DNA from: the human T2T-CHM13v2.0 reference genome, Homo sapiens
DNA length: 64,000 nucleotides
Assembly (NCBI RefSeq): GCF_009914755.1
Contig: NC_060930.1
Reading direction: 5' to 3' (one strand)
Shown here: in pieces, positions 1 to 14,905 of the stretch
Position numbering within the stretch: the stretch's first letter is position 1
How the letters are laid out: the number at the start of each line of letters is the position of its first letter
The notes under the pieces: model-generated
Told to the model about the DNA's origin: nothing
Seen by the model: only the letters and a program-made list of their open reading frames with translations
Databases searched by the model: none
Position numbers and translations under genes: made by a program

Positions 1-432
1 CCCTCCTGGATGACTTTGATAGGTTCAAGACTTAGTGGAAGAAAATAGCTGCATACGTGGTGGAAATCACTGCATACGTGGTGGAAAGCTAGAACTGAAG
101 ATGTGACTGAATTGCTACAATCATCAAACTTTAATGAATGAGGAGTTGCTTCTTATGAAAGAACAAAGAAAGTAGTTTCCCGAAATGGAATCTACTTTTG
201 GTAAAGATGCTGTAAACATTGTTGAAATGACAACAAAGGATTTATAATATTACATAAACTTATTTAATAAAGCAGTGGCAGGTTTTGAGAGGATTCCCTT
301 CAATTTTGAGAGAAGTTCTCCTGTGGGTAAAATGCTATCAAACATTGTAGCATGCTACAGAGAAATATTTCATGAAAGGAAGAGTCAATTGATGTGGCAA
401 ACTTCATTGTTGCCCTATTTTAAGAAATTGCC

Positions 433-736
<304 letters not shown>

Positions 737-836
737 GAAATTGCCATAGCCACCCTAGCTTTTAGCAACCACCACCCTGATCAATCAGCAGCCATTAGTA
801 AGGTGAGACCTTCTACCAGCAAAAATGTTACAACGT

Positions 837-1362
<526 letters not shown>

Positions 1363-1440
1363 GTATCAGTATTTTTTAATGAAGATGTAAACTGTGTCTT
1401 TTTTCAGACATAATGATGTTGTACACTTAACAGACTATAA

Positions 1441-1759
<319 letters not shown>

Positions 1760-3649
1760 TGTAATCATAATTTTTATATGCACTGGGAAACTAAAAGTTT
1801 GTGTAACTCCCTTTATTGTGATTTTCACTTTATTGTAGTGGTCTGGAATTGAACCTGCAATATCTCCAGGTATGCCTATACTGAAGTCTTCTTTCAGGTA
1901 AAAGATTTACTATCTATGTTTTGTGACTCCCAAGTATCAAAAATTATCTCAGGATGTCCTGAAGTCCTGTGAAAGTTTAAAAACATCAACATAAATCCAC
2001 TTTAATTTTAATAAGAAATGTTTGCCAGGGTGCTTTTTAGAAAGTATTGTAAAATTAAATAAGTAATTCCCAAGAAGGTTTTTAAAAATCGTAATAAAAC
2101 ATTTTAAAAACAATTTCCATGTCTAACTGAAGTAGCTATTTTTTTTGTAAACATTCTGCAATATTTTTAAAGAGAAAATTCCCATTCATCAAGTCATGCT
2201 AATCAAAATCTTATATAGGTTAAACAATATTGAAGTTATTACATTCATTTAGAATTATAAAGTCTTCTTGGGCGTGCATTTAAATGAGATTTAAATTCCA
2301 AAGCTATTTTCACATTTTTATTATTGAGTAAAAATCTGACTAACACACATCAGGATGGAATTTGTTTTCCCATTTGTCTGTTATGATTTGATTTTGCTCT
2401 GATTTGAATCCTATTTACTAATTCACCTCCAAATCACTCCACTATTTAAACACTCATTCCTAGGTGTCATTCACTTGTAACAAAAATGCAGTTCTCCATC
2501 CTGCTAAAAGCACATTCCTGGAATAAATGTGTCTCCTTTGGGAAATGGTAGGAGGGAAAAAGTTCTTCAGGGGTTTTTATGGGACAGAAAAACAGAAACA
2601 ATAACTACCTATTTAGCTTCGTGTTTCTTCTTTTTTAATCTGGTTTTAATCGGTGCAGAACCTTACCTTTCATCCATTCTGAAATTATCTTTTTTTACTT
2701 CGGTTAACAGAGAACTTACTCAGAAGTTGTGGACATGTTTAACTATTTACATTTACAGTCTACCTGTATTCAATTATATGTATCACTGTAGACCTCTATT
2801 TTTTAACATAGTTTTTTATAAAAGACGTTTTAGATGGTGACTTAGGACACACTTGAGAAAAATGTTTGCATTTACTCCTTAATTTCTTTGTAACTCTAAG
2901 TACCTATTGATTTATTGTAGCTTATTTCTTCAAGTGTTTCTGTTATCTCTGCTTTGAGACTTGCATTTCTGACTTTCTTTGCTGCCACTATTTGTAGAAA
3001 GCAGCCACAGGGAAGGTACCTGTATCCCTTAAGAGACTGAAGCAAATAAATCATTTACCATTTAGAAGAAAGGAAGGGTAAGTAATTTTCTGACCTTCCT
3101 TGATTTCTGTCTTTATTCTGTTGCTTTGATATACCTAACAGCTTCTCTGTAGACTTCCCCCTTCTGTAGTGCTAAAATAATTTCTCATTAGCCTGACAGT
3201 CCACATGAAATTAATGCCACTGTTACATTAGCTAGGGGTAGGGGTGAGGGTTTAGGTGATTGAGCAGGCCAGTTTAAAAGAAGAAGAAAGCAAAATCTTT
3301 ACTCTCAAGAAGTTAAAATATTAAGGCAATGAGGCACATAAGGAGTAATGAAACTGAGCAATGTGTCTTCAAGTGCAAATTGACATAGCACAGATTGAGA
3401 AAGCAATGCTGTGAGGGGATAATGCATGTACGAGGAGATGTTCATCCTGAAGGTGACTTTGCTGATGCTTGTCAGAGAGATATCACCATAGGTTATTGGA
3501 GGGAAAAGATGTGGGCATGCAAATGAGCAGTCTCACATAAAGTAATTTGACTTGTTAGAGACACGGTGGGAAATAATGCAAAGGTTCATTTTTTTGGAGA
3601 GAAGTAAGTAATGAGTGAAAATAAATCAAATGAGGAATGTCCCACACAG

Positions 3650-3870
3650 CTCCTTAGTGTATCACACTCTTCATGTCATGCAACCAATTAAGTCTTCATA
3701 CATGACTTGGGAGGGAGATGCTATTATCACTTTATATATGATCAAATTGAGGCTATAAGAGATTGAACAATTTGACCAATGCTCATACAAGTGGCATATG
3801 GTGGGACCAATAGTGTGTCTGGCACTAGAAGCTACAGGCAGTAGCTTCTAAATGCATCACTTTTGGTATG
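3650..3870 (-). mobile_element. MIR relic
   Basis: Degenerate antisense MIR core (TATTATCACTTTATATATGATCAAATTGAGGCTATAAGAGATTGAA); boundaries approximate. Confidence 0.5.
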
Positions 3871-4057
3871 TTTATACAAAAATTTCCATGGTTACATTTC
3901 AGGTTATCAATAGGTAAAAACATTTCTTATATTTGTATTTATAATAGAAATCTCCTTATGCCATCACCTTAGAGTAAAACACTGACATCAACAGATTAGT
4001 ATATTAGAGCAAAGAAGTAAAAAATCATGTTAAAAGTATAAAATTATAGCCAGAGCA

Positions 4058-4362
<305 letters not shown>

Positions 4363-5088
4363 TTATAGCCAGAGCATCAATTTTGACTATTTTAAAAGTC
4401 ATCAATTTTGACTATTTTAAATTATATTTAAAGAAAAATATAATGAGCAGAATATTGGTCAGTTATGAAGAAACAGAAGAAGGCTGTTCATAGTGGTGCC
4501 TATTCTAGCCCTCTCCAGGAGAGTGAGTATCTGGTCTGGGAAACTGGCCTGTCCAGCCCCAATTATAAACCCAACCTTGATAAGCCACCTCAGGCTGTCC
4601 CATTAGACATTCTCTTCATCTTTTGAACTCTCTTTCTGATTCCCTTCTACAAAGAGAATGAGCTGGTCCCTTTAGAAGTTATATTTCTCATAGCATTTGA
4701 ATAAATTGGGATGGAGTTTATACACCATTCTGTGGAAAAACTACACTCTGAATGTGTGGATGGGTCAAGGTCCTGGGACCATACTTCTGAATAGAAGATT
4801 TACCCTCAGGGGCACTTTCTGTGTGCTAAGTGGACACGCCAAGGTAGTGTTGTATTGAGAGTGACTTTTCCTCCTGGAACATTTGCAGGGACATCACAAC
4901 ATTTAATCATGTGCCAATTCAGATATCAAAGTTACAACTTAATATAGGTTGTGGTATCTTTATAAAAAGGATTAAAATAATTATTGCCAAAGTCAAATAT
5001 ATAACATGAATCTATGTAGTATGCCAGAATGTAATGTATAAACACTTTATTTGAAAAATCTTTAGATACTGACATGTTTACTGAACTC

Positions 5089-5160
5089 TTTCCTTCCTTC
5101 CTTCCTTCCTTCCTTCCTTCCTTCCTTCCTTCCTTCCTTCTCTCTCTCTCTTTCTTTCTG
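5089..5160. repeat. (TTCC)n/(TC)n microsatellite derived from an Alu tail
   Basis: About 12 TTCC units followed by TC repeats, abutting an antisense Alu. Confidence 0.95.
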
Positions 5161-5453
5161 TTTTTTTGAGACACGTTCTCACTCTGTTGCCCAGGCTGGA
5201 GTGCAGGTGACCTTATCTCAGCTCAGTGCAACCTCCCCGTCCTGGGCTCAAGCAATTTTCCAGCTTCGGCCTCCAGTGTAGCCGGGACTACAAGCTCGAG
5301 CCACCAATGCCCAGCTAATTTTTGTATTTTTTGTAGAGCCAGGGTTTCTCTGCATTGCCCAGGCTGGTCTTGAACTCCTGAGCTCAAAGTGATCCACCCG
5401 CCTCAGCCTCTCAAAGTACCTGGAATAACAGGCATGAGCCACTGTGCCCAGCC
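5161..5453 (-). mobile_element. AluJ
   Basis: Diverged antisense Alu (CCTGGGCTCAAGC, ATTGCCCAGGCTGG); TGAACTCT on both flanks. Confidence 0.9.
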
Positions 5454-6499
5454 TGAACTCTCTTTCTTATAGTTTTTTTTTTCTATATGTAGATAACTAT
5501 AATATAATAGTAAATATCTGTGTGCATCCAAATAGCTCTAAATAGTATGATAATTTGCTCATTAAAAAAAACTGTGGTTAGCTTATTTAGTAATGTGAAT
5601 GACTTGATCAACTGTAGTTCTCTCAGGATGTACTTTTCTTTGGAAAAAGTTATTTCTCTTTTTGAAGAATAGATTTTGCAGAATGGAGATAGAGTGGGGG
5701 AAGGGGACACTTCAAAGTGTGGAAACATGAGGAAACTTCAGAGTTTGTAAGCAATTCAAGGGGCCCCTTAAGGGAGAGGAAATGACCAGAGGGGGATGGA
5801 GGGGAGGTGAAGAGAGAGAGAGAGAGAGAGGAGAAAACTGAAGGAAAAAAGAAGGAAAAAGAAAAAAGTTATTTTTGTTAACTATATAATAAATGATAAA
5901 TATTTTTTGTATTTAAGTAGTTATTAAAACAAATGGTTAACTTGTGTATTGTTTTCCAGCTCTCCTGGTTCTCTCTGCCTTTCCTTGCTTGCTGAAACAT
6001 TGAGTGTCCTTACATCTGGGCAGTACATCTGGCAAGAAAATGTTTATGATTCCTTTGCTGCTGTTCAAATTCTCAACCTGCTACTAGACTGTTTTTGGAG
6101 ATGAACTTTTTCCTAAAAAGGCCTTGCTGGTATTGTTTGGAACAAACTTCAGGATCATAATTTTCCAGAAAAAGCAGTTGCCTATTTAAACATTTATTTG
6201 ACGATAGCATACTCATGTACCTTTTTGTTATCATTACTGTCATTTATGTAGTCATTAATTATTACAAAATTGAACTTTAGCTCGTGTTAGAATGCTATAG
6301 CTATGATTGTCATTTTACCTATTTGAAATTTAAATGTTGCCTGTCCAATATTATGTCCATTTTACCAGAGGCTGGAAATTCTATTCTCAAATTAGTGATC
6401 TCATCGTTTAAATGATGACTATGGTCCTCAGCAGTGGAGGAAAAACAACATTTGTTGAATCTGACAACTTGATATATTCTTTCTGTTTAGCCTCACTGA

Positions 6500-6810
6500 T
6501 GAGGCTATAGAGACTCCTAGAGCCTTGCAGTTGGCAGGAAGCTGTGAGCCCCATGGGCAGCCTCCCATGTTGGCAAGCTCTTTCCCCACCCCAACCAGAG
6601 TACAGGGAAATCTACTGTTTCCTTAAACACACACACAGGCAAGAGTCTCATTATTTTATGGAGCATCAAAGTCCATCATTGAACAATTTGATTGCTAGGC
6701 AGTTCTTTATGACAGTTAACTAAAAGCTGTCGTGCACTATTTGTCCTGTTTCTGTCCCCTAGAGCAAAATAAAGCAGAGCTGTTCAATTTTCATATAACA
6801 GTCCTGAAGG
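6500..6810. mobile_element. Ancient CR1/L3 (or MIR3) relic
   Basis: Weak resemblance to recalled L3 sequence (GTCCTGTTTCTGTCCCCTAGAGCAAAATAAA..CATATAACAGTCCTGAAG). Confidence 0.35.
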
Positions 6811-6919
6811 TAGAGGGGTCTACACAAATCTTCCACCCCTGATGAGGCAGACCTGGGCATATAAATGTGAAGGCTTGGTTTTCTTGATAAGACCATGCCA
6901 ACCACAACACAACTTTTGA

Positions 6920-7150
6920 GATTCTATTACGTACCAGGCATTGTTAGTCTTTAATACATTTTTTTCTGTTCCTCATTCCAACTGTGCACTGCTGTATGTA
7001 TTATCTTCAAGATATAGACATCAAAACTGAGAATCAGAGAGTTAAATAGCCACCTAAGATAACAGGACGATAAGCAGTGGAGGTGGGATACGCTTTTAGT
7101 TCTGTCTAAATTGATGCACATCATCTTTTTCATCACATCATGGTTTCTCT
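6920..7150 (-). mobile_element. MIR
   Basis: TACGTACCAGGCATTGT...AAAACTGAGAATCAGAGAGTTAAATAGC...CTAAGATAACA, antisense MIR core. Confidence 0.6.
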
Positions 7151-7404
7151 CTAGTGTCTTGTGCTAATTAGTATTTGCTTCTAGAGGAGTTATGTTTCTC
7201 ATAATATAATTCCTAGGCTTGAGTCTTGCTGGACATTGCTTTTCCCCCACACACCCCTAATTTATTCCAATTGTTAATATTTTCAATAAAACGTGAATGC
7301 AAATTCAAGCATGATCTGTACAGGTGTGAACTGGACTAGCAGATTTTCCATGAAACATTACTATGCCACTTACTTCCCAATAAATTATATTAAAATACAG
7401 CTAG

Positions 7405-7776
<372 letters not shown>

Positions 7777-8095
7777 ATATATATCTTTATGAATGTATGA
7801 GTAGCAAGATCTAGTGGTGGGCCTAATAATTATCTTAATTTTGAAGTAGTGAAGCATAATGACCATTTTGAGATTTTCACAGAAATTATAATGTGATAGG
7901 GAAATATCTGTGTCTACTATTTTTGACATAGTTACAGGTACTGCCAACACTACTGTTTTGTTTTGCCTACATCCATAATGAAACTAAATGTTAGATTTCT
8001 GCCAAAAGTTAGTGAAAATAATGCTTTTTCCCCTTTCAAATTTGTATACCCCCTGAACTCTATTCATGAACTGCTTGGACAACTGTGAATAAGTT
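7777..8095 (-). mobile_element. hAT-Charlie element (MER113-like), probably continuing upstream of the Alu
   Basis: CAAGATCTAGTGGTGGGCCTAATAA..TTTTGAAGTAGTGA..ACAGGTACTGCCAACACTACTG..GTTAGTGAAAATAA matches the recalled consensus. Confidence 0.55.
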
Positions 8096-9504
8096 AGCTC
8101 ATCCTTACGCTCTGGTTAACTAAAATTACTAAGATTTTTTTATATAAGCAAATCCCCATGGAATGTATTAGTTACCCTACAAGCAAAGTTTACCATTTAT
8201 CCGTTTACATTTTGATCTTTTTATTAAGAGTATCATTTTAGTTTATTAAGATAATTTTGCATCTTTAGCCATTGCTATTTCTCCTAGCTTTAGGACATAT
8301 GTTCCAGGTTTAGCCAACTTATCCATTTAAAACACATTAGGACTGGGTTGTGAAATAATTCTGCAAACACAATATTAGAAGCCTTTCTGGCTGATAAAAT
8401 CCTATTAATAATCACTTTTGTGATATAAGTGCCCAAAGAATGCCTAGTCTACATAATTGTAGAAACAAGCAAAGGTGTCATGAGGCCAAATACCTTTTGA
8501 AGATGAACTATATTGGAAGCATCCCTATTAATTTACAATCCAGTGATACAATTAAAAATAAAACAGGGGCTAAGTTTTTTTAGTGAATCGTGCAGCCTCC
8601 TAGTGTTTACTGTGCTATTTTCTAAGAGTCTACCTTGTCTCTGTTTAACAGGTTGTTCCAGAAAATGACTGGAGATTCAACTTCAATGTTACTTACGTAC
8701 AAATCTCAGGATGTAATTTCCCTTTTCTGAGAATTAGGACAACTCTCTATAAGCTATAAGATGATTTTCTTGAGTCTAGATATTTTAGGTCATTTAAAAT
8801 AATAAAATGTACATATTATGTCTCATAACCTGGTCCTCTTCCTTTCTCCCTCTTTCCATTCCTTTCTTTCTTCTATCCTTTCTTCTGTATTTATTGAATG
8901 TGAAATGATGTCAGCTACTGGGGTTATACAGATAAGTAAGACATACTTCTTGAAATCAAAGAGCTCACATTTTGTATTCCATAAAACCACTGACCTCCTT
9001 GGACTTGATATCTCAATAGCTTGTGCATCTCAGAAGATCCCATCATTTTAGCAATGATGATTTCCCCCCCTCAGGATGTAACCTGGTTAGTTTTCATCTT
9101 CTTCCTATTCTTCCCAGCATTAAACTTCTGGCATATTTGAGAGCTGTATTTGAGTGGTTTTTGATAGCCACCTACTAACATTAAACCATTTTATCCCATT
9201 CTTAATATTTATCCTTTAGCATTTTTAGGAAGTTTCAATTAAATCTGGCTTTAGCTTTCTAGCTTTCCAAACAAAGCTTTCCTGGTGTATATCATTCATC
9301 GTTTATCTTTGGTATACATTCATTTTATCAATGAGTGAATTTCAGAGTTTCCAGTACAGTCACTTTTGCATAGTTTTCTACTAATTTTATTATTGAAATT
9401 TGTTTAACAGTTTGTTTAGTGTGCTAAGAATCTCCTAATACAGACAGAATATATCCATTAAACAATCAAACCATGAAAGAAAACTATCAAATTTGCATTG
9501 TATA

Positions 9505-9900
9505 TGATATGGTTTGGATCTGTGTCCCTGCCCAAATCTCCTGTCTAATTGTAATACCCAGTGTTGAAGGTGGGGTCTGATGGGAGGTGATTGGATCATG
9601 CGGGCAGTTTCTCATGAATGGTTTAGACTATGCCCCTGGTACTGCTCCCATGATAGAGTTCTCACAAGATCTGGTTGTTTAAAAGTGTGTAGCACCTCCT
9701 GCTCCAGCCATGCGAGGTGCTGCTTCCACTTTGCCTTCAACCATGATGGTAAGTTTCCTGAGGCCTCCTCAGAAGCTGAGCAGATGCCACCATACTTCCT
9801 GCACAGTCTGCAGAATCATAAGCCAATTAAACCTTTTTTTCTTTATGAATTACCCAGTCTTAGGCATTTCTTTATAGCAGTGCAAGAACTGACTAATACA
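9505..9900 (+). mobile_element. MSTA solo LTR (ERVL-MaLR)
   Basis: TGATATGGTTTGGATCTGTGTCCC...GACTAATACA; 5-bp TSD GTATA at 9500-9504 and 9901-9905. Confidence 0.9.
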
Positions 9901-10655
9901 GTATATAAACTTGCTGATTATCAATGGAAAATTTTAAATTTATAAACACCTGATACATGCTCATTTAGGACAACTATTTAGTAAGTGGACAGTATTTTAA
10001 TTTCAGCCTTGTCTTTTTTTTTAACTCCTATTTCTACGCTTTGCAATAATTTTTGGTATGGCAATATGTTCCCTTAAGCAGTATTTTAGCATTTTAGCAT
10101 TATTTATTCTTCTCATTGATTTATTTAGAATGTTTAAATATTGATGAGCTGGATACACTAATACTCTTGTGAAATCTATCATAAGTGCAGTGTGGAAATA
10201 TTAGCAAATTGGATCATTTAGTGGTAAATTCATTTTTTCTTTTCCTCTTGTATTCAGCAGGAAAAGTAGTGTAATAATGTGATAGTAAACAATAAAATAT
10301 ATTCACAAAGATAATTTAAAGAAGTGGGTGTTTTTGCCATTTCTATTTGAGGTGCTTTTGGGTTTATCTTGGGTACTTTGGGTAGCTTTGAAGTTTAAAA
10401 ATAAAACATTGCAATCTGTACATACATAAAGCAAAGCAGTATTTTTGAATGTCACCAAGCATTCCTATCCTTTTGCTACCTGTGTGTGTAAGTCAATGCA
10501 TTCTATGGCCTAAGAACTCTTCTTTGACCAAATGCAGAATTTCTAAGGAATCTCATATGAAAAGGAACACTCACCAAGTTGGCCAGCTTAATCTGATCAA
10601 TCTGGGATTCCACAGTGAGCATGGTGATTTCAGATGTCATAACTAGGTCACCCTT

Positions 10656-10956
10656 GGCCGGGCGCGGTGGCTCACGCCTGTAATCCCAGCACTTTGGGAG
10701 GCCGAGGCGGGTGGATCACCTGAGGTCAGGAGTTTGAGACCAGCCTCAACATGGAGAAACCCTGTCTCTACTAAAAATACAAAATTAGCTGGGCGTGGTG
10801 GTGCATGCCTGTAATCCCAGCTACTCGGGAGGCTGAGGCAGGAGAATTGCTTGAACCCGGGAGGCAGAGTTGCAGTGAGCCAAGATCGCACCATTGCACT
10901 CCAGCCTGGGCAACAAGAGCAAAACTCCGTCTCAAAAAAACAAACAAACAAACAAA
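10656..10956 (+). mobile_element. AluSp-like
   Basis: CATGGAGAAACC and CAACAAGAGCAAAAC; TSD AACTAGGTCACCCT at 10641-10654 and 10957-10970. Confidence 0.93.
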
Positions 10957-11581
10957 AACTAGGTCACCCTCATATCTCTGTGTATGTCATATGCAAGTAA
11001 TTATACACACCTGTATAAACTCACTTGGTCCTCCACAGTAAACTACAAACATTTTTCTTTGCCGTTATCTGCCTTCTTGCTCCCTTTTGTGAAGTGTGGT
11101 CCCTAAGGAATTGCCAGAGAAGAACAATTAAAACCTAGATACAGTACATTAAATATTCTCTAAAAGTATATATGGCATTTATATAGCATGACCACCTGGA
11201 GGGAATTTTCAACAACTGTCTCAAATCACAGTCTACTAAGTGTTCCCTTGTTGTGTCCACAAGATGAAATGAAGTGTTAAACATTTATAGGATCAATTTA
11301 AAGATACTTGATTTTGACTTTGAAGCATTTCATCCTCTTTTGTTCAAATTATAGAAACCATTTAGGCAAAGGAGCTGAATTACCTTAATCGTCATGTCTA
11401 CCTTCTATATTTATTTGAATATTTCATTAGTTAAACATAATTTTTATTTTTCTCTAAAACAATTCCAATGGTAAGTTATTTTCCTCAGTAGCCAAAAGGG
11501 CAGGGGATGACATTCTTTACTAGCTTAATTTTGCATCATAGAGCTACACATGCAGAATTCTACCTACATTCCTGGTCAGAG

Positions 11582-12490
11582 TGATACAGGAATTTTCTCA
11601 GCCCCTTCGCCAGACTCATGTCAGGGGTGAATGCTTACCATGCTCAACCCCGGCAGAAGGTAGGACATGAGTGAGCAAGTATAGGACTGGGCACCAGGAG
11701 GAGCAAGCTCCATGCGGGGCCCACAGTCAGACCAGGTATGAGCGAGCTAGTGCGGGACCTGGCTGGCTGCTCCAGCTGCTGGTGGGAGCAAGCTCCATGC
11801 AAGGCCCAGGTGTGGTTGCCCACAACCCTGAAACCCTGGAGGTGATGTTACAGTGCTCCCTTAGTTATGCAGTCCGATGGACGGCTGTGTGTTAACAACT
11901 CAGTTGGACCCTGCCTCATCCTGTGGAATGGCTGCCCTCCACTGGCAAGGGCAAAGGGCCAGTGTGACAGCCTTTCTGGGTACCTGCATTGGGTGGGTCC
12001 CAAGCACTTTTCTGGCGTTCAAGAAGACTGAGGTCACGTGGACACTTGAAGGAAGGTGAAGGTAGAGATTTTTACTGAGTGGTAGGAATGGCTCTCAGTA
12101 GAGAGGGGAGCTGGAGATGGGATGAGAAAGGCAGATAGTTCTCCCTTAAGTCTGGCTGTCTCTTCCCTGAAGTCAAGCTGTCTCTTCTTCCCCAAAGTCT
12201 GGCCGTCTTCCTTCTGAAGTCAAGCCATCTCTCTCTCTCCTACCTACTGAGCCTGGGATCTTTATAGGCATAGGATGGAGGGTTGGGGCAGACTGCAGGT
12301 AGTTTTGGAAGAGGCAACATTCGATTGCTAAAAAGGCGTTAAGAAAGAACCAACTGGGAGAGAGTGGGCAAACAGGAATAGAAGTTCTCACTTTGGGCTG
12401 TGGGTTTCAGGCTACTTTGGCTTGAAGGTGGTGTTTCACTGGGGACCCATGCCTGTCTGTCTAGAATTTCTCTGACTCCTGCCTGTATCA
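11582..12490 (-). mobile_element. ERV1 solo LTR (MER52/LTR28/LTR1 group)
   Basis: TG...CA termini (TGATACAGG ... CCTGTATCA); the reverse strand starts TGATACAGGCAGGAGTCAGAGAAATTCTAG; homologous to 28063-28971. Confidence 0.75.
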
Positions 12491-12796
12491 AAGGCTTATT
12501 AGACAATGATGATGCTGGCCATCTACTTAGCAGTATTTGAGAGGCTCCAAGAAAATTCTTCCAAATTTCCAACAGCCCACAGGCAAATGCCCTATACTCC
12601 ATCATTAGTTGGTCTAATCTTTCTGCAAATTCTTGCCTGAAGGAATATATTAAGTCATAAATTACCTAGTGGGAATTCATTTTGTTAAAGCAGATTATAT
12701 TCTCTGAAGCAGGGATGTTGGATCAATCAAGTCTTGGGCACTTGGAAAGTGAAGGAACCCTGGGAGAGTGACTGTGTTGAAGAAATGACAGGATGA

Positions 12797-13181
<385 letters not shown>

Positions 13182-14457
13182 ATTATCTGTGACTTCTTAC
13201 CCAATTCCTGTAAACCAGTATTACTGAGTCTTCAAAGAAAGAGTACCCTATGAAGGAGGCAGGTTGAGGTAGGGCGCCAGAGAATCGAAGAATGGGCATT
13301 TTCGTAGACCATTAAGTGCAATTAGATAAGAACAGATAAATCTGAACATTTCTAACAAATTCTAACATGCAATCATGCAAATGTATGTTAGAAAAAAAAT
13401 CTAGGTAACATGCCTTTGAGTATTATCACCTTCCAGAAGATGCAGGTGGGCTTGGGAGAACACTGGGGCAGGCTAAGTCACACAGCCTAATTTCTTTCTA
13501 AGTCCACTTGAATACTTACTTAGCATCCTTTGCATATAAAGTCCAAGTAAAATTCATTTAGTTTCTGTATTGCCACTTTGTCATTAAATCTCTCTTTTGG
13601 GTCAAATTTTTCTCTCAGATTTGCAGCCACTGCTTCTCTTGACCTCCATAAAGCAGGAAATGTCCATGTACTGCCAAGTTTTCAGAGTCCTCGCTGCCCA
13701 TAGCAATCAAATGAGATGATTGCCTCAGTCCTAAGCATTGGTCTCAGAGAAGGGTAGAGCATACTTTGAACCGGAAAACCAAACCAAACAAAAACAAACA
13801 GCCACGTGAGGTATGTGAGATGTCAGTTTCTCTTTGGAGAAATGTAAGATAGAAATCTGACTGTAAAGCTCTATCTTTGAATGAAGGTTTCTGCGACTTG
13901 CTTTTAGGGTCACACTGTCCCTTCCTTGGACTACTGGGAATCATAGCCCTAGCAAACTCAGTTTTCCCTGATCTGGTGATAAAGGACGCAAATTAAAATT
14001 GCATTAAGTTCTTTTTGACTTCTCCAAAGTTACTTCAAAATAGTTTGTAAATAACAAAGCTATTTTTTAAAACACCCCCTTCAAACCAATTACAAACTAT
14101 TTTGAATAGCTTGAATATTTGCTTCAAATGATGTTCAGGATGTTTTACAACACCTGGAGGACAGCGCTATACTTGAGAGTTGACTACCTTAAATTGGCTT
14201 TTTCAAGCAATTCTTTACGTGACTTGTCTGCTGTGCTTGCCCACACGTAATAGCTTCTGAATTGTTGCTTTAACCACATTGACTGATTTAACAAAAGAGT
14301 TAAAACATCATTTAATTCTGTTGTATATTTCAGTTAATTCTGAGTTTTTCCAACTAAAACAGAATGGGTGGTTGAGTATTTTTCTTTTGCAGATTAGTGC
14401 CCAACCTTAAAATTTACAGAGATTCACTGGATTGACTTGGAAGACCACCAGTAATCT

Positions 14458-14529
14458 CAGAAGTGGCTAAATAACCGGGACAAAAGCATTTACCCAGAAG
14501 TGGCTAAATAACTGAGACAAAAGCATTTA
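14458..14529. repeat. 37-bp-period tandem duplication (2 copies)
   Basis: CAGAAGTGGCTAAATAAC(CGG/TGA)GACAAAAGCATTTA at 14458-14492 and 14495-14529. Confidence 0.95.
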
Positions 14530-14774
14530 TGCCTTAGACATGTTTACAGGATGATGGGTCTATGCTGTTTTTTTTTTTTATTTCCTGCCCCCTTTCTAGG
14601 AAAATGCAAAAAGTGCTTTTCTTTACACCATTGGACAAATTACTTCAGGATAAATTGAATCCTGTTTACAGTCCAGTAGTTTTATGTAATCAGTTTTTTA
14701 AAACCTGAGTTTCAAACAGAAACGCCTCAATCATGTCAAAAACCTGAGTAGTTCTAAGAGTCCTCCTTCTTCTA

Positions 14775-14905
14775 AATGGTACAGCTGTAAAGAGCAGTGT
14801 GACTTTTGTGGGTCCAAGCTCGGGCTCTACTCTTTACTCAAATGTGGTCTTGAACAAGTCCCTAACACTCTCTCAATGTCAAGCCTTCATTGGGCATAAT
14901 TATAT
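14775..14905 (+). mobile_element. MIR relic
   Basis: GTGGTCTTGAACAAGTCCCTAACACTCTCTCA resembles the MIR core. Confidence 0.5.

Noticed and set aside
14458-14529. CRISPR-like ~36-bp repeat
   Set aside because: Only two adjacent copies, no spacers, no cas genes, primate DNA.
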